From the NCBI GenBank assembly GCA_041669565.1, contig JBAYAV010000001.1:1-56139 (forward strand): 56,139 nucleotides of DNA. Direction: 5' to 3'. Source of the DNA: Lentisphaeria bacterium (lineage in GTDB: Bacteria > Verrucomicrobiota > Lentisphaeria > Oligosphaerales > Oligosphaeraceae). A model generated the notes under the pieces. That model was not told the origin of the DNA, searched no databases, and worked only from the letters and a program-made list of their open reading frames with translations. Positions 29,225 to 37,890 of this stretch are shown here, one piece after another. Within the stretch, counting starts at the first letter, position 1. The number at the start of each line of letters is the position of its first letter. The translations under genes and the position numbers were made by a program.

Positions 29225-30628
29225 TTATTTCTTAATTACAAGTCCCAGCTGTCTTCGTGACAAAATCCAAATACCAAACCCTGCGATTAAACCGCTACGC
29301 AGCAGCAGTAAAGTCAAGAATGCCTGACCAAGACGACTATACTCAACCAGCCGCCCATTTGCCAAATCTGAAGTCGCATCCAAATCTCCCACAGACACCA
29401 CCACTGTTCCTAGACCTCGGGCAAAATAATGCAAACATTTCTGAGTTACGCTCTTATATTGATAGACGCCGTTCATTTTCAAGGGTGCGGATATTGCCAT
29501 ATTAACGCTTAGTCCAATAATCAGATAAGAGATTGCAACAAAGGCGGCAACCGGTGTTGAAAACAAGGCCCCGACCGTTGTTCCCAATGCAGCCAAAAAG
29601 GCAATTTGGAAAATAGCGAGAATCATAGAGCGTATATAATTTGACAAAAATCCTGAAATTTTGGCTAACAAAACAGGGTCGTCTGCACTTTGAATAACAA
29701 CCGATGGTGCTTCTTTCATTTTCCAGTATTCTGCGGGCATATTTTTAAAGCGAACAACAACAGCGCCTTGATTTTCAGTATCGACAACCTGTTTTGCAAG
29801 CACGGGCATTTCCTGGAAGGTCCCCCCGAGAACGCTCAATGGCACCATTCCGAAGGGATCGGCCACTTTTTTTGCTTCTTCGGGAAGTCGGAACCCCCAC
29901 TGGCATGGTATCAGATATTGGTTGGTGTCGGTTGCGCTTCCAGAATAAATTCGATACCGCAGACTAATCATATCGGTATCTTTCCCCAGAGCAACGCCCC
30001 GAAAATTCCAATCGCGTGTTTCACCGGGTTTAATTTCGCTTTTTCGTTTTGCGATTGCTTCACCGAGGGATCGTTTTACTTTGGCAACATCGTGTCCTTC
30101 GGCCAATTCAAATCTTTTTTTCAGATAAGCAGCTTCCACTTCGTCATGGATATTTAATATTTCCGGCTTATATTCACGTCTTCCAACCAGTATTTCCTGA
30201 TTTAAGCGCTTCAATTCGGTCTCCGAAAATTGTCCCTTATGCACACGCCATAGAATCAGCCCATAAATAATGGTTGCCGATACAATCAAAATAATACTAT
30301 GCATTAAAAAGACACCGAACCATTTTCCCATCCATAGAATCCAACGGGGGCACGGCTTACTTACCACCATATGAATATTGTAGTTTTCAACTTCTCTTGA
30401 CAGCAAAGAGCAGGAAAGCCAAAGCGTTGTTATTGAAATCAATGCCACAACAACATTTAATGAGTAAGTTAGAGATATCTGCACCAACCCTATTGCAGTA
30501 CCATCACCAGATACTGTCACCGGCAATAGGAACACTGCCAATAGAATAAAGATGAACAAGACATGAAAGACTTTCGACCTCGTAGCAGAACGTATTGTCT
30601 GCTTCATGATTGCAATAAATGGCTTCAC
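29225..30628 (-). CDS. ABC-2/NosY-like polytopic permease with a large central soluble domain; no cognate ATPase in the window
   Basis: 467 aa. The N-terminus MKPFIAIMKQTIRSATRSKVFHVL plus 3-4 TM helices is typical of ABC-2 permeases. A soluble insert of about 200 aa is followed by 3 C-terminal TM helices. Confidence 0.5.
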   Translation of the reverse strand: MKPFIAIMKQTIRSATRSKVFHVLFIFILLAVFLLPVTVSGDGTAIGLVQISLTYSLNVVVALISITTLWLSCSLLSREVENYNIHMVVSKPCPRWILWMGKWFGVFLMHSIILIVSATIIYGLILWRVHKGQFSETELKRLNQEILVGRREYKPEILNIHDEVEAAYLKKRFELAEGHDVAKVKRSLGEAIAKRKSEIKPGETRDWNFRGVALGKDTDMISLRYRIYSGSATDTNQYLIPCQWGFRLPEEAKKVADPFGMVPLSVLGGTFQEMPVLAKQVVDTENQGAVVVRFKNMPAEYWKMKEAPSVVIQSADDPVLLAKISGFLSNYIRSMILAIFQIAFLAALGTTVGALFSTPVAAFVAISYLIIGLSVNMAISAPLKMNGVYQYKSVTQKCLHYFARGLGTVVVSVGDLDATSDLANGRLVEYSRLGQAFLTLLLLRSGLIAGFGIWILSRRQLGLVIKK

Positions 30629-30954
30629 TTTCTATTCGTGCTCCTGTAATTTTTCGATAATAAAGAAGTAACCTGCGTTATTATAATTAGCAAAGCGCTA
30701 TTTTTCAATCTAATAAACACATATTTCCTATTTTTTTAGCATATTTGTTTTTCCTGTTTTATTTTATTTCAAAAAAAATTATAGCGAACTCGGAAAAACA
30801 ATACTGCAACAAGATTGTCAAAGCAAGGATATACTATAAAAAAAGTCTCCACTGCACATTATAGCGCACAACGGATCCAGAAAATCATACGCAAGCATTG
30901 TGGGAAGCGTTCGCCTCGTTCGTAAAGCCACAAAACCGAGCATCATTCCTATAC

Positions 30955-30999
30955 AAAAAAAACGAAGCCTTGAAACATTTACGGAATCAAGACTTCGTT
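30955..30999 (-). terminator. rho-independent terminator after tRNA-His
   Basis: On the minus strand: AACGAAGTCTTGA-loop-TCAAGGCTTCGTT followed by a run of T. Confidence 0.7.
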
Positions 31000-31013
31000 T
31001 AAGAAAACATGCA

Positions 31014-31092
31014 TGGGGTGGTAGACCGGTCTCGAACCGGCGACCTCCTGGGCCACAACCAGGCGCTCTAACCAAACTGAGCTACAACCACC
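31014..31092 (-). tRNA. tRNA-His (anticodon GTG), CCA encoded
   Basis: The reverse complement folds as a cloverleaf. It has the extra G-1 opposite discriminator C73, the anticodon arm CCTGG-TTGTGGC-CCAGG, the T arm GCCGG-TTCGAGA-CCGGT, and a 3' CCA. Confidence 0.92.
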
Positions 31093-31278
31093 ATTATAAG
31101 ACCGACATTTGAGTCGGCTTTTATAAAATAACACATTAAATTTTATTATCAAATCACAAGGATGATTTTTTTAACAAAAAGAGCAAAAAAAGAGACAAAT
31201 AATATTGCATTTTTTTCTTTTGCTTATATGTTAATACTATTATTTAAGATAGGGAACCATTTTAATAGGAAATTGCCG

Positions 31279-31803
31279 ATGTTCTTCAACAAGAAAAAAG
31301 AAAAAAATCAAGATCCTGCACAAGATGCGAATGACAACGATTTTTTCATGTCCAATGTCCTCCTCGTTGTTGACGGATCAAACAATTCATTAACCGCGAC
31401 TCAATTTGCAATAAACTACGCACAGAAAACGGGATGTCATTTATTAGCGGCGTTTATTATTGATACTGCTACCATGGATTACCTCCAACAAATGCGCATT
31501 TTTATACAAGATGAGCGTGAAGATCTTGAACGCGACATGGAACAAAAAGGCGTACGCTATCTTGAACGCGTAAAATGCATGGCAGAAAACCGAAATGTTA
31601 GTATTGAAACCACATTACGACGCGGGAGGCTTCATCAAACAATATTACAAGTTGCACGCGATGGAAAAATAGATGCCATTATTTTAGCTGGCTGGAAACA
31701 CGAAATACAACAAAAAGACAGCACGAGTATTGAACGGCAACTTATTTTAGATCTCGCAGACTGCCCGGTCATCGTTGTAAAAAAGAAACACATGCACCCA
31801 TAA
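31279..31803 (+). CDS. universal stress protein (UspA family)
   Basis: VLLVVDGSNNSLTATQFAINYA, DAIILAG and CPVIVVKK blocks. I prefer the internal ATG at 31279 (AGGA upstream) over the track start at 31162, which adds a low-complexity leader. Confidence 0.75.
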   Translation: MFFNKKKEKNQDPAQDANDNDFFMSNVLLVVDGSNNSLTATQFAINYAQKTGCHLLAAFIIDTATMDYLQQMRIFIQDEREDLERDMEQKGVRYLERVKCMAENRNVSIETTLRRGRLHQTILQVARDGKIDAIILAGWKHEIQQKDSTSIERQLILDLADCPVIVVKKKHMHP

Positions 31804-32052
31804 ATTTAAACTTTCTGCTGTTTGTTCTTTTGAGAACGCGAGAACAATAAATTTTATTATTAAAAATTTTTGTTGCTGCACTTCAAAAAAAAAGGCCCAT
31901 TCCCCTTTCTTTTTTCTTATACCTTATATGTTTCTATATTCAAATTTTTATTCGAAATTCTTTTAAAACGTTCTTTTTTTTTGAGTCTTTTCAACCATTG
32001 ATTTTAGATTATCGTCCTATCTTAATTTTATAATTTGATCTTATTATTTTTT

Positions 32053-32901
32053 ATGAAAACACCCGCGAAAGTCAATTTTTATTTAGAAGTCACCGGCATT
32101 CAGCCGAACGGCTACCACACGATTCGAACACTATTTTTGCCATTGAAAAATTTAGTAGACACCGTTGACATTGAAACAAAAAATCATCCAGGCATAACCA
32201 TGGACTGCAATAAGCCGGAAAGCGAATTATCTGCAGGGCCTGAAAATCTGTGTATTCGCGCAGCCTCATCCTTCTCAACACACTTTAACATCTCGCCATG
32301 CTGGCATATTCATTTACAAAAGGCCATCCCTCTTACTGCCGGTCTCGGCGGCGGCAGTTCTGATGCAGCCGCTGTTTTTCGCATATTAGCAAAGCGATAC
32401 CACCTTGAAGAGCATCCGGATCTCCCCGTCATTGCCGCAAAACTTGGCGCGGATATTCCTTTTTTTCTACAAGACAAACCCGCTGTCGGCACTGGTATCG
32501 GCGACATTTTAACGCCCCTTTCTCCTGCGGTGGCACCGTTGGATTTGCTTGTTATCAACCCCCTTTTCCCGCTACCCGTTCAATGGGTTTACAAGCATGC
32601 ATACCGTCCAGGCACTCCCGCCATACCCGATTTTAATCAGCTGTTAAAAATCTGGGGGACGGCAACACCGCGCGCATTAGCGTCCTTTATGTGGAATGAC
32701 TTAGAAGCATGTGTTTTTGATAAATTCCCAATTCTTCCGATCATCAAGCAGCGTCTTCTTGATTTCGGTGCTTTGAATGTATTGCTTTCCGGAAGTGGCC
32801 CCACGCTTTTTGCTCTCTGCGATCACAATTCACAAGAACTCGCCCAAAAGCTCGCCGCAGAATTTGGAAATTCCATCAAATTATTCTGCTGTCAAGCATA
32901 A
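32053..32901 (+). CDS. ispE: 4-diphosphocytidyl-2-C-methyl-D-erythritol kinase
   Basis: N-terminus MKTPAKVNFYLEV and GHMP-kinase motif IPLTAGLGGGSSDAAA. The start is taken at ATG 32053 rather than 32035. Confidence 0.9.
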   Translation: MKTPAKVNFYLEVTGIQPNGYHTIRTLFLPLKNLVDTVDIETKNHPGITMDCNKPESELSAGPENLCIRAASSFSTHFNISPCWHIHLQKAIPLTAGLGGGSSDAAAVFRILAKRYHLEEHPDLPVIAAKLGADIPFFLQDKPAVGTGIGDILTPLSPAVAPLDLLVINPLFPLPVQWVYKHAYRPGTPAIPDFNQLLKIWGTATPRALASFMWNDLEACVFDKFPILPIIKQRLLDFGALNVLLSGSGPTLFALCDHNSQELAQKLAAEFGNSIKLFCCQA

Positions 32902-32940
32902 CCCTTATTATAAATCCCCCCACTTTTTCTCTTTATTATA

Positions 32941-35160
32941 ATGAAACTTTTCACAAAATTACTTTTAAGTTGTTTCTTGGCCTTTTCCTTTAGCCGTTCC
33001 CTGCAGGCAGAGTCTCCCGTGTGGTTTAATCATATTCACACCCCCATGCCGCTTAAAAAGAACCAGGGAGAACAGTTCTGTGCCACACTACGCACGATGC
33101 TTTTAGCAAAACAATCAGACAAGAAAATAATTGCTTCTTTTCAGCAAGATGCGCATCCCCGCGTTTTATTTTTAGCCTTAGGAGACAACATCTGGCCAGA
33201 GCGTATTTATATCGGCTCTGGTCCCACATTCTGCGAAGCTCTTCAAGATACCTTGGAAGCAATGCACAAAGGCGAAAAAAAATATATTGAAATGATTCAA
33301 AAGCAAAATTCCATTATTACCAAAGAAGCGCACGAAAAGAACGAAATAATTTCAAAAAACTGGCAGCAAAAATTAAAGGACCCGACTCAATGGAATACTC
33401 TCCGGCTTTCCATTGTACAGCAGACAAAACAGTTTAGCGATTTTGCAATTCCGTATTCCAAAATCCTTTTAACGAACCTAAATGGTATTGCATTTCCGAA
33501 ATCGACTAATTTTGCTTTTCTGCCAGAACAGCTATCCGGCCGATACCTAATAACCCCCGACCATTTTTTTAGTAGCGATCAAATGGAAAATATTTTCAGT
33601 GAGGTGCAAAATTTTACTGGAATCAGCACTTGGCTAAAACTATGCACTCGTACTCCGCCTTTTCCTATCATTCTCTTTGACGTTGCCAGCTTTTTTGCCG
33701 ACGGAAAGACTTCTGCCCAACTGTTTCGCGGTCATACCGCTTTTTCCGGCAGCCATTCTGCCGACCAATTACTAAGCTCAGCCGAACACGCCGCACAACA
33801 ACTGCTGCCATTCATCAGCAAAAAAGGCACGCTGAGCCCGCCGTTTCCAGAATGGGTACCATCCAACCACGGCAAAGAGCACCCCATCGCATTGGCCGAG
33901 CTCTCCATTGCGTTTTCACAACTTTTTACAGCAACTCAAAAACAGTGCTACCTTGACGCCGCAAAAAAAATCAACACATCCCTAACCGACCTTATTTGCA
34001 AATTCAGCAGCCATTCATCCGAGGGACACTGTCTTGTTGAGCAAGAAATTTTAGACGACCCGAACAATCCGCAGGAGCCACGTAAAATAGTCAACACCTA
34101 CTCGAATGCTATTACCGCATTAGCCCTATTAGATTATACTCAAACAGCCAAGAGCAAAGAATTTCTTCCTGAAGCAGAACTCTTAATACATTATCTTGCA
34201 AAAACGCAACAAAGAGACGGCACCTTTTTATCAGCCCTGGTTTATCCGGAAATGCAGCCGCCAAGTGAACAATTTTTTTCAAAGAACGACTTAATGGAAC
34301 TATCCGCCATTGCTTCTTTAGCGATGCATCGCTATCGCGATTATGACTCTGCCCTTTTGCCATTTTTAGACAAGCGAATACAACTCACCTGCTCATGGTT
34401 TTGCAATGAATACAAACAGGAGATTCCCCTTCTTTCGGAACTTCCTTTATCGCCATGGGTCACCAAATTCTTAACGGAAGCCAAGACCGCAACTTCCAAG
34501 GACGCGCTTCTTCTGGCTTGGAAAATAGCCGTTGCTGCCACAGGGAGCATCGAAATAAGCCCTGTTTTTCCAGATCTGTTCGGTGCGACACGCAATTTAC
34601 CAAGTATGACCGATTCTGCCGAAAAGACAAGACTTGTTGCGATCGTAGCAAAAGCTCTTTGTGAGAAAGACCAACTCAGCAACGCAAACGCAATTCTCAC
34701 CGATGTTTGGCCGCAACTAGCTTTTCAATTTCAGGGCTATATGGATTCGGCAACGGCGTCTCCCCTCGCACAGCCCCATCGCTACGAGGGCTTTTTCCGC
34801 GACAACCTCGAAAATTTCAGTTTCAACCTCAAAGGGCAATCCAGCCAGATTCTCAGTTTACTGGCCTTACGGGAATGTCTCATTAAGCTAAAATTAGAAA
34901 AAATCTCTCCGACGCCTGAAACGAACAAAGAGTGGCAAACAAACTGGTCCCGTATAGAACAATCTCCTTTCTTACTTACTACTGATTTAGTAATCAATAA
35001 TGCGCGCACCCCCGGAGACGTCCGAAAACTCTCTGGCGGAATTTCCAAAGGAACCACCACCACCATTCATGCCAAAGGCGGAAAAATAACAGGCCTTGAT
35101 AAAACTCCCACAAGTAAAATCATAAAAAAACCAACCTCCAACAAAAAACAAAATCGATAA
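32941..35160 (+). CDS. hypothetical secreted protein with possible alpha/alpha-toroid core and a K/T-rich basic tail
   Basis: 739 aa. Signal peptide MKLFTKLLLSCFLAFSFSRSLQA. QQRDGTF-type repeats resemble those of terpenoid-cyclase/prenyltransferase-like toroids. The C-terminus is TPTSKIIKKPTSNKKQNR. Confidence 0.6.
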   Translation: MKLFTKLLLSCFLAFSFSRSLQAESPVWFNHIHTPMPLKKNQGEQFCATLRTMLLAKQSDKKIIASFQQDAHPRVLFLALGDNIWPERIYIGSGPTFCEALQDTLEAMHKGEKKYIEMIQKQNSIITKEAHEKNEIISKNWQQKLKDPTQWNTLRLSIVQQTKQFSDFAIPYSKILLTNLNGIAFPKSTNFAFLPEQLSGRYLITPDHFFSSDQMENIFSEVQNFTGISTWLKLCTRTPPFPIILFDVASFFADGKTSAQLFRGHTAFSGSHSADQLLSSAEHAAQQLLPFISKKGTLSPPFPEWVPSNHGKEHPIALAELSIAFSQLFTATQKQCYLDAAKKINTSLTDLICKFSSHSSEGHCLVEQEILDDPNNPQEPRKIVNTYSNAITALALLDYTQTAKSKEFLPEAELLIHYLAKTQQRDGTFLSALVYPEMQPPSEQFFSKNDLMELSAIASLAMHRYRDYDSALLPFLDKRIQLTCSWFCNEYKQEIPLLSELPLSPWVTKFLTEAKTATSKDALLLAWKIAVAATGSIEISPVFPDLFGATRNLPSMTDSAEKTRLVAIVAKALCEKDQLSNANAILTDVWPQLAFQFQGYMDSATASPLAQPHRYEGFFRDNLENFSFNLKGQSSQILSLLALRECLIKLKLEKISPTPETNKEWQTNWSRIEQSPFLLTTDLVINNARTPGDVRKLSGGISKGTTTTIHAKGGKITGLDKTPTSKIIKKPTSNKKQNR

Positions 35161-35368
35161 GGAATTAAAAACGACGCACGGGCGGGCGTCGCTACGAGAA
35201 AATCTTCAAAATAACGTGATGTTTGAATTATTGTAGGGCGGAATATTTTCCGCCCGTTCTTGCGCGACCGCTGATTTTTATATACGTACGTCGCCAAGAC
35301 AACCGATGTTTGAAATCAAAAACGACGCACGGCCGTGCACCGCTACGAGGGGAATCTTCAAAACAACG
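35156..35368. repeat. three tandem degenerate units (about 62, 87 and 64 nt), each with a different GC-rich hairpin
   Basis: Units 1 and 3 share AAAAACGACGCACGG...CCGCTACGAG...AATCTTCAAAA(T/C)AACG. Units 2 and 3 both start with GATGTTTGAA. Hairpins: CGACGC-N8-GCGTCG (35172-35191), GGGCGGAA-TATT-TTCCGCCC (35236-35255), and the palindrome GCACGGCCGTGC (35327-35338). Confidence 0.7.
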
Positions 35369-35640
35369 CATAGGTCCCTCTCTATTTCTAACAAAGCATC
35401 TTTCTCTATAAGATATCAGACTCGAACATTCAGACCGTAAAAACATCCGCGACAAAAGGTTCGATATAAATTTCCGCATCTCGTCTAAAATTCATCCCTT
35501 TTTCATCAACGGTGTCCCTTACCGGCAAAGCGCACAAAAACAAAAAAAAGAGAAAAATCGCATCCCTAAATTTTTATTTTCCGCATTTCATTTAATGCCG
35601 AAAACTTTTCCTTTTTTTTAATATTTCTTAATAAATCGGC

Positions 35641-35668
35641 TTGAAAAAAATTATTGAAATGATATTTT
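35641..35668 (+). promoter_or_regulatory. candidate sigma-70-type promoter for tRNA-Gln
   Basis: TTGAAA-N16-TATTTT ends 32 nt upstream of the tRNA. The background is AT-rich, so specificity is weak. Confidence 0.3.
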
Positions 35669-35699
35669 AAAGCTCACAACAAATAAATCCATTCGACAC

Positions 35700-35773
35700 T
35701 GCCCAATGGTGTAATGGTAGCACAACTGATTCTGGATCAGTTAGTCTAGGTTCGAATCCTGGTTGGGCAGCCA
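35700..35773 (+). tRNA. tRNA-Gln (anticodon CTG), CCA encoded
   Basis: Acceptor TGCCCAA/TTGGGCA, anticodon arm ACTGA-TTCTGGA-TCAGT, T arm CTAGG-TTCGAAT-CCTGG, discriminator G plus CCA. Confidence 0.93.
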
Positions 35774-35783
35774 ATTTATACAA

Positions 35784-35813
35784 ACCCGCGTTCTATATAA
35801 CGTGGGTTTTTTT
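35784..35813 (+). terminator. terminator after tRNA-Gln
   Basis: ACCCGCG-loop-CGTGGGT followed by TTTTTTT. Confidence 0.65.
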
Positions 35814-35832
35814 ATATCATCCGGTCTTACTT

Positions 35833-36774
35833 ATGCTACATTTTCATTATAACCCAGAAACAATCGAAAAAGAAAACCAGGATTTAGCACAAAAACGCCC
35901 CGCCTTTAAGATCCGTGCTAATATAGATCAAGCGATCCGTCACTTCTTTGATGCCGAACAATTTCTTGAAGTCCACACACCGGTACGACTGGCAGCCCCC
36001 GCTCTCGAGGACTATATCGATGCCATTCCTGCCGGCGACCAGTGGCTTCGAACGTCTCCCGAATTACACATGAAACAACTTCTTGCCGCAGGTTATCCGA
36101 AAATTTATCAAATCGGCCCATGCTTCAGACAAGGTGAAAATGGCAGTCGCCATCTTCCTGAATTTACCATGCTAGAATGGTATCGACTCAATGCGGACTG
36201 GCTAAAAATAAAGCAGGACACCGTCCGTCTTATTCAGCAGGCTGCCGAGAGCTGTCTGCAAAAAACGATTCTACCATTTCGAGACAGGCAAATTAATTTA
36301 TCTTCACCATGGGATGAAATCACCGTCCGGGATGCTTTTCTTCAATTTGCCGACTGCACTCTTCAAGAAGCACTTGACAAGAATAAATTTGAAGAAATAC
36401 TAGTAGAGCAAATAGAACCGCATTTAGGGCAAGAGCGTCCTTGTTTTTTAACCGAGTACCCTCTTTCCTGCAGCGGATTAAGCAGTCCGATTCCCGGTCG
36501 TCCTGATTTTGTAGAGCGCTGGGAGCTTTATATTGCGGGTATTGAGCTCGGCAATGCCTGCAGTGAGCTCGTGGATTTACCGGAACAAGAAAGGCGATTC
36601 CAGGCTTGTGCCGCGTTGCGTGCGTCCGAAAATCGGCCTGTCTATCCTGTTGATCAGCCTTTCATGAATGCGTTAAAACACGGCATTCCCTCTGCTGCTG
36701 GTGTCGCCATTGGTATCGATCGCCTGGTAATGTTTTTTTGCAATTGCAATAATATTCATAAAGTCACTTTGTAA
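35833..36774 (+). CDS. epmA: EF-P lysine aminoacylase (truncated class II LysRS paralogue, GenX/PoxA)
   Basis: 313 aa, catalytic core only with no anticodon-binding domain. Class II motifs FLEVHTPV, FRQGENGSRHLPEFTMLEWY and AGVAIGIDRLVM. Confidence 0.8.
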   Translation: MLHFHYNPETIEKENQDLAQKRPAFKIRANIDQAIRHFFDAEQFLEVHTPVRLAAPALEDYIDAIPAGDQWLRTSPELHMKQLLAAGYPKIYQIGPCFRQGENGSRHLPEFTMLEWYRLNADWLKIKQDTVRLIQQAAESCLQKTILPFRDRQINLSSPWDEITVRDAFLQFADCTLQEALDKNKFEEILVEQIEPHLGQERPCFLTEYPLSCSGLSSPIPGRPDFVERWELYIAGIELGNACSELVDLPEQERRFQACAALRASENRPVYPVDQPFMNALKHGIPSAAGVAIGIDRLVMFFCNCNNIHKVTL

Positions 36775-36875
36775 CAGTCCTTTTGAAAAAAGATAGAATA
36801 AATCATGAAGGATTAGCAAAACGCAATTATATTTATAAAATTGGAAAAGACAAACAAGAAATAGGGATAAAAAAA

Positions 36876-37889
36876 ATGAGACAAATCATTGCTGTATTTT
36901 TGCTAAGCTTCAATTTTTTATTATTTGCGGACAGTATTCAACTAAAAGATGGTTCCAAAATCATGGGGACCCTGGACAAAATCAAGGACGACAAAGTTCT
37001 TTTTAATACAGAATTTGCCGGTACTCTTACGATTGATGTAAAAAATGTAGCATCTCTGCAAACAGATAAGGAGCAGCACATTGTATTAAAGTCCGATACG
37101 GCGCCCCAAAAAACAATATTGAGCAGCGCTCTTTTACCAGGAAACGAACTTGGAAATATTCAAATTTCTCATCAAGAAGAGAACATCCAGGAGATTGCGG
37201 CTTTGTGGAATGAAAGCAAAGACAACCCTTATCTGGGCCAATGGAACGGTAAAGTCTATCTTGACATCAGCGGGAAAGAAGGAAACACCGATAAATACCG
37301 GCAGAATTTTGGTTTTTCAGCAACCCGAAAAAGCGCATTTGACAAACTAAAAATATACTATCAGACAACATATGCCGAAGAAAATGGTGATAAAAATGAG
37401 GACGAAACACTTTATGGTGCCGATTATGAGCACAACATAAAAAACACCCCGCATTCTTGGTACGCAAGAATCGAATCCGAAGAAGATGAAATAAGTGGCA
37501 TCGACCACCGCTATGAAGCTGTTATTGGTTATGGATATTTCTTAATTAAACGTAAAGCCACAACGCTCCGTACTCGTTGTGGTATTGCTTACTGGCGGCT
37601 AGAAACAAAAGATGCCACCACCGACAACATCGGCCTTGATTTAAATCTGTTTTACGAGCACGTCTTCGATCAGTGGGGCCGCTGGGAAACCTCAGTAACT
37701 TATGCGCAATCCATTAACAACACAGAAGTTTATCGTATTTATCATGAGTCCTTTTGGGAACTTCCATTAAAAATACAAATCCCAATTTCTTTGCGTTTAG
37801 GAATGTCCAACGAATATTATAACATAACATCCGAAGATGCTGAGCATCTTGACACAACCTATTTTGCAAAAATTGTTTACAGCTGGTAA
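36876..37889 (+). CDS. DUF481-family outer-membrane beta-barrel protein
   Basis: Signal peptide MRQIIAVFLLSFNFLLFA, an N-terminal IQLKDGSKIMGTL module, a WNGKVYLDISGKEGNTDK block like DUF481/YdiY, and a C-terminal aromatic ...KIVYSW. The start is taken at ATG 36876 (the track start 36783 is TTG). Confidence 0.65.
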   Translation: MRQIIAVFLLSFNFLLFADSIQLKDGSKIMGTLDKIKDDKVLFNTEFAGTLTIDVKNVASLQTDKEQHIVLKSDTAPQKTILSSALLPGNELGNIQISHQEENIQEIAALWNESKDNPYLGQWNGKVYLDISGKEGNTDKYRQNFGFSATRKSAFDKLKIYYQTTYAEENGDKNEDETLYGADYEHNIKNTPHSWYARIESEEDEISGIDHRYEAVIGYGYFLIKRKATTLRTRCGIAYWRLETKDATTDNIGLDLNLFYEHVFDQWGRWETSVTYAQSINNTEVYRIYHESFWELPLKIQIPISLRLGMSNEYYNITSEDAEHLDTTYFAKIVYSW

Positions 37890-37890
37890 T

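Noticed and set aside
30818-31112. ORFs 30818-31075 (-) and 30900-31112 (+). The same applies to 43904-44107 and 43979-44170.
   Set aside because: They overlap tRNA-His and tRNA-Lys with their terminators. Their translations are R/G/P-rich read-throughs of structured RNA genes.
30629-31278. tRNA-His (and likewise tRNA-Gln and tRNA-Lys) as integration sites of genomic islands.
   Set aside because: I saw no integrase, no direct repeat of a tRNA 3' end, and no phage or IS genes. The flanking genes look like housekeeping genes.
35156-35368. Tandem repeats considered as a CRISPR array.
   Set aside because: There are only three units, of unequal length (about 62-87 nt) and roughly 80% identity. 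There is no repeat-spacer periodicity and no cas genes.
35067-35479. ORFs of 62-83 aa across the tandem hairpin units.
   Set aside because: Their Arg-rich, low-complexity translations are generated by the GC-rich hairpins. They have no RBS and overlap each other on both strands.
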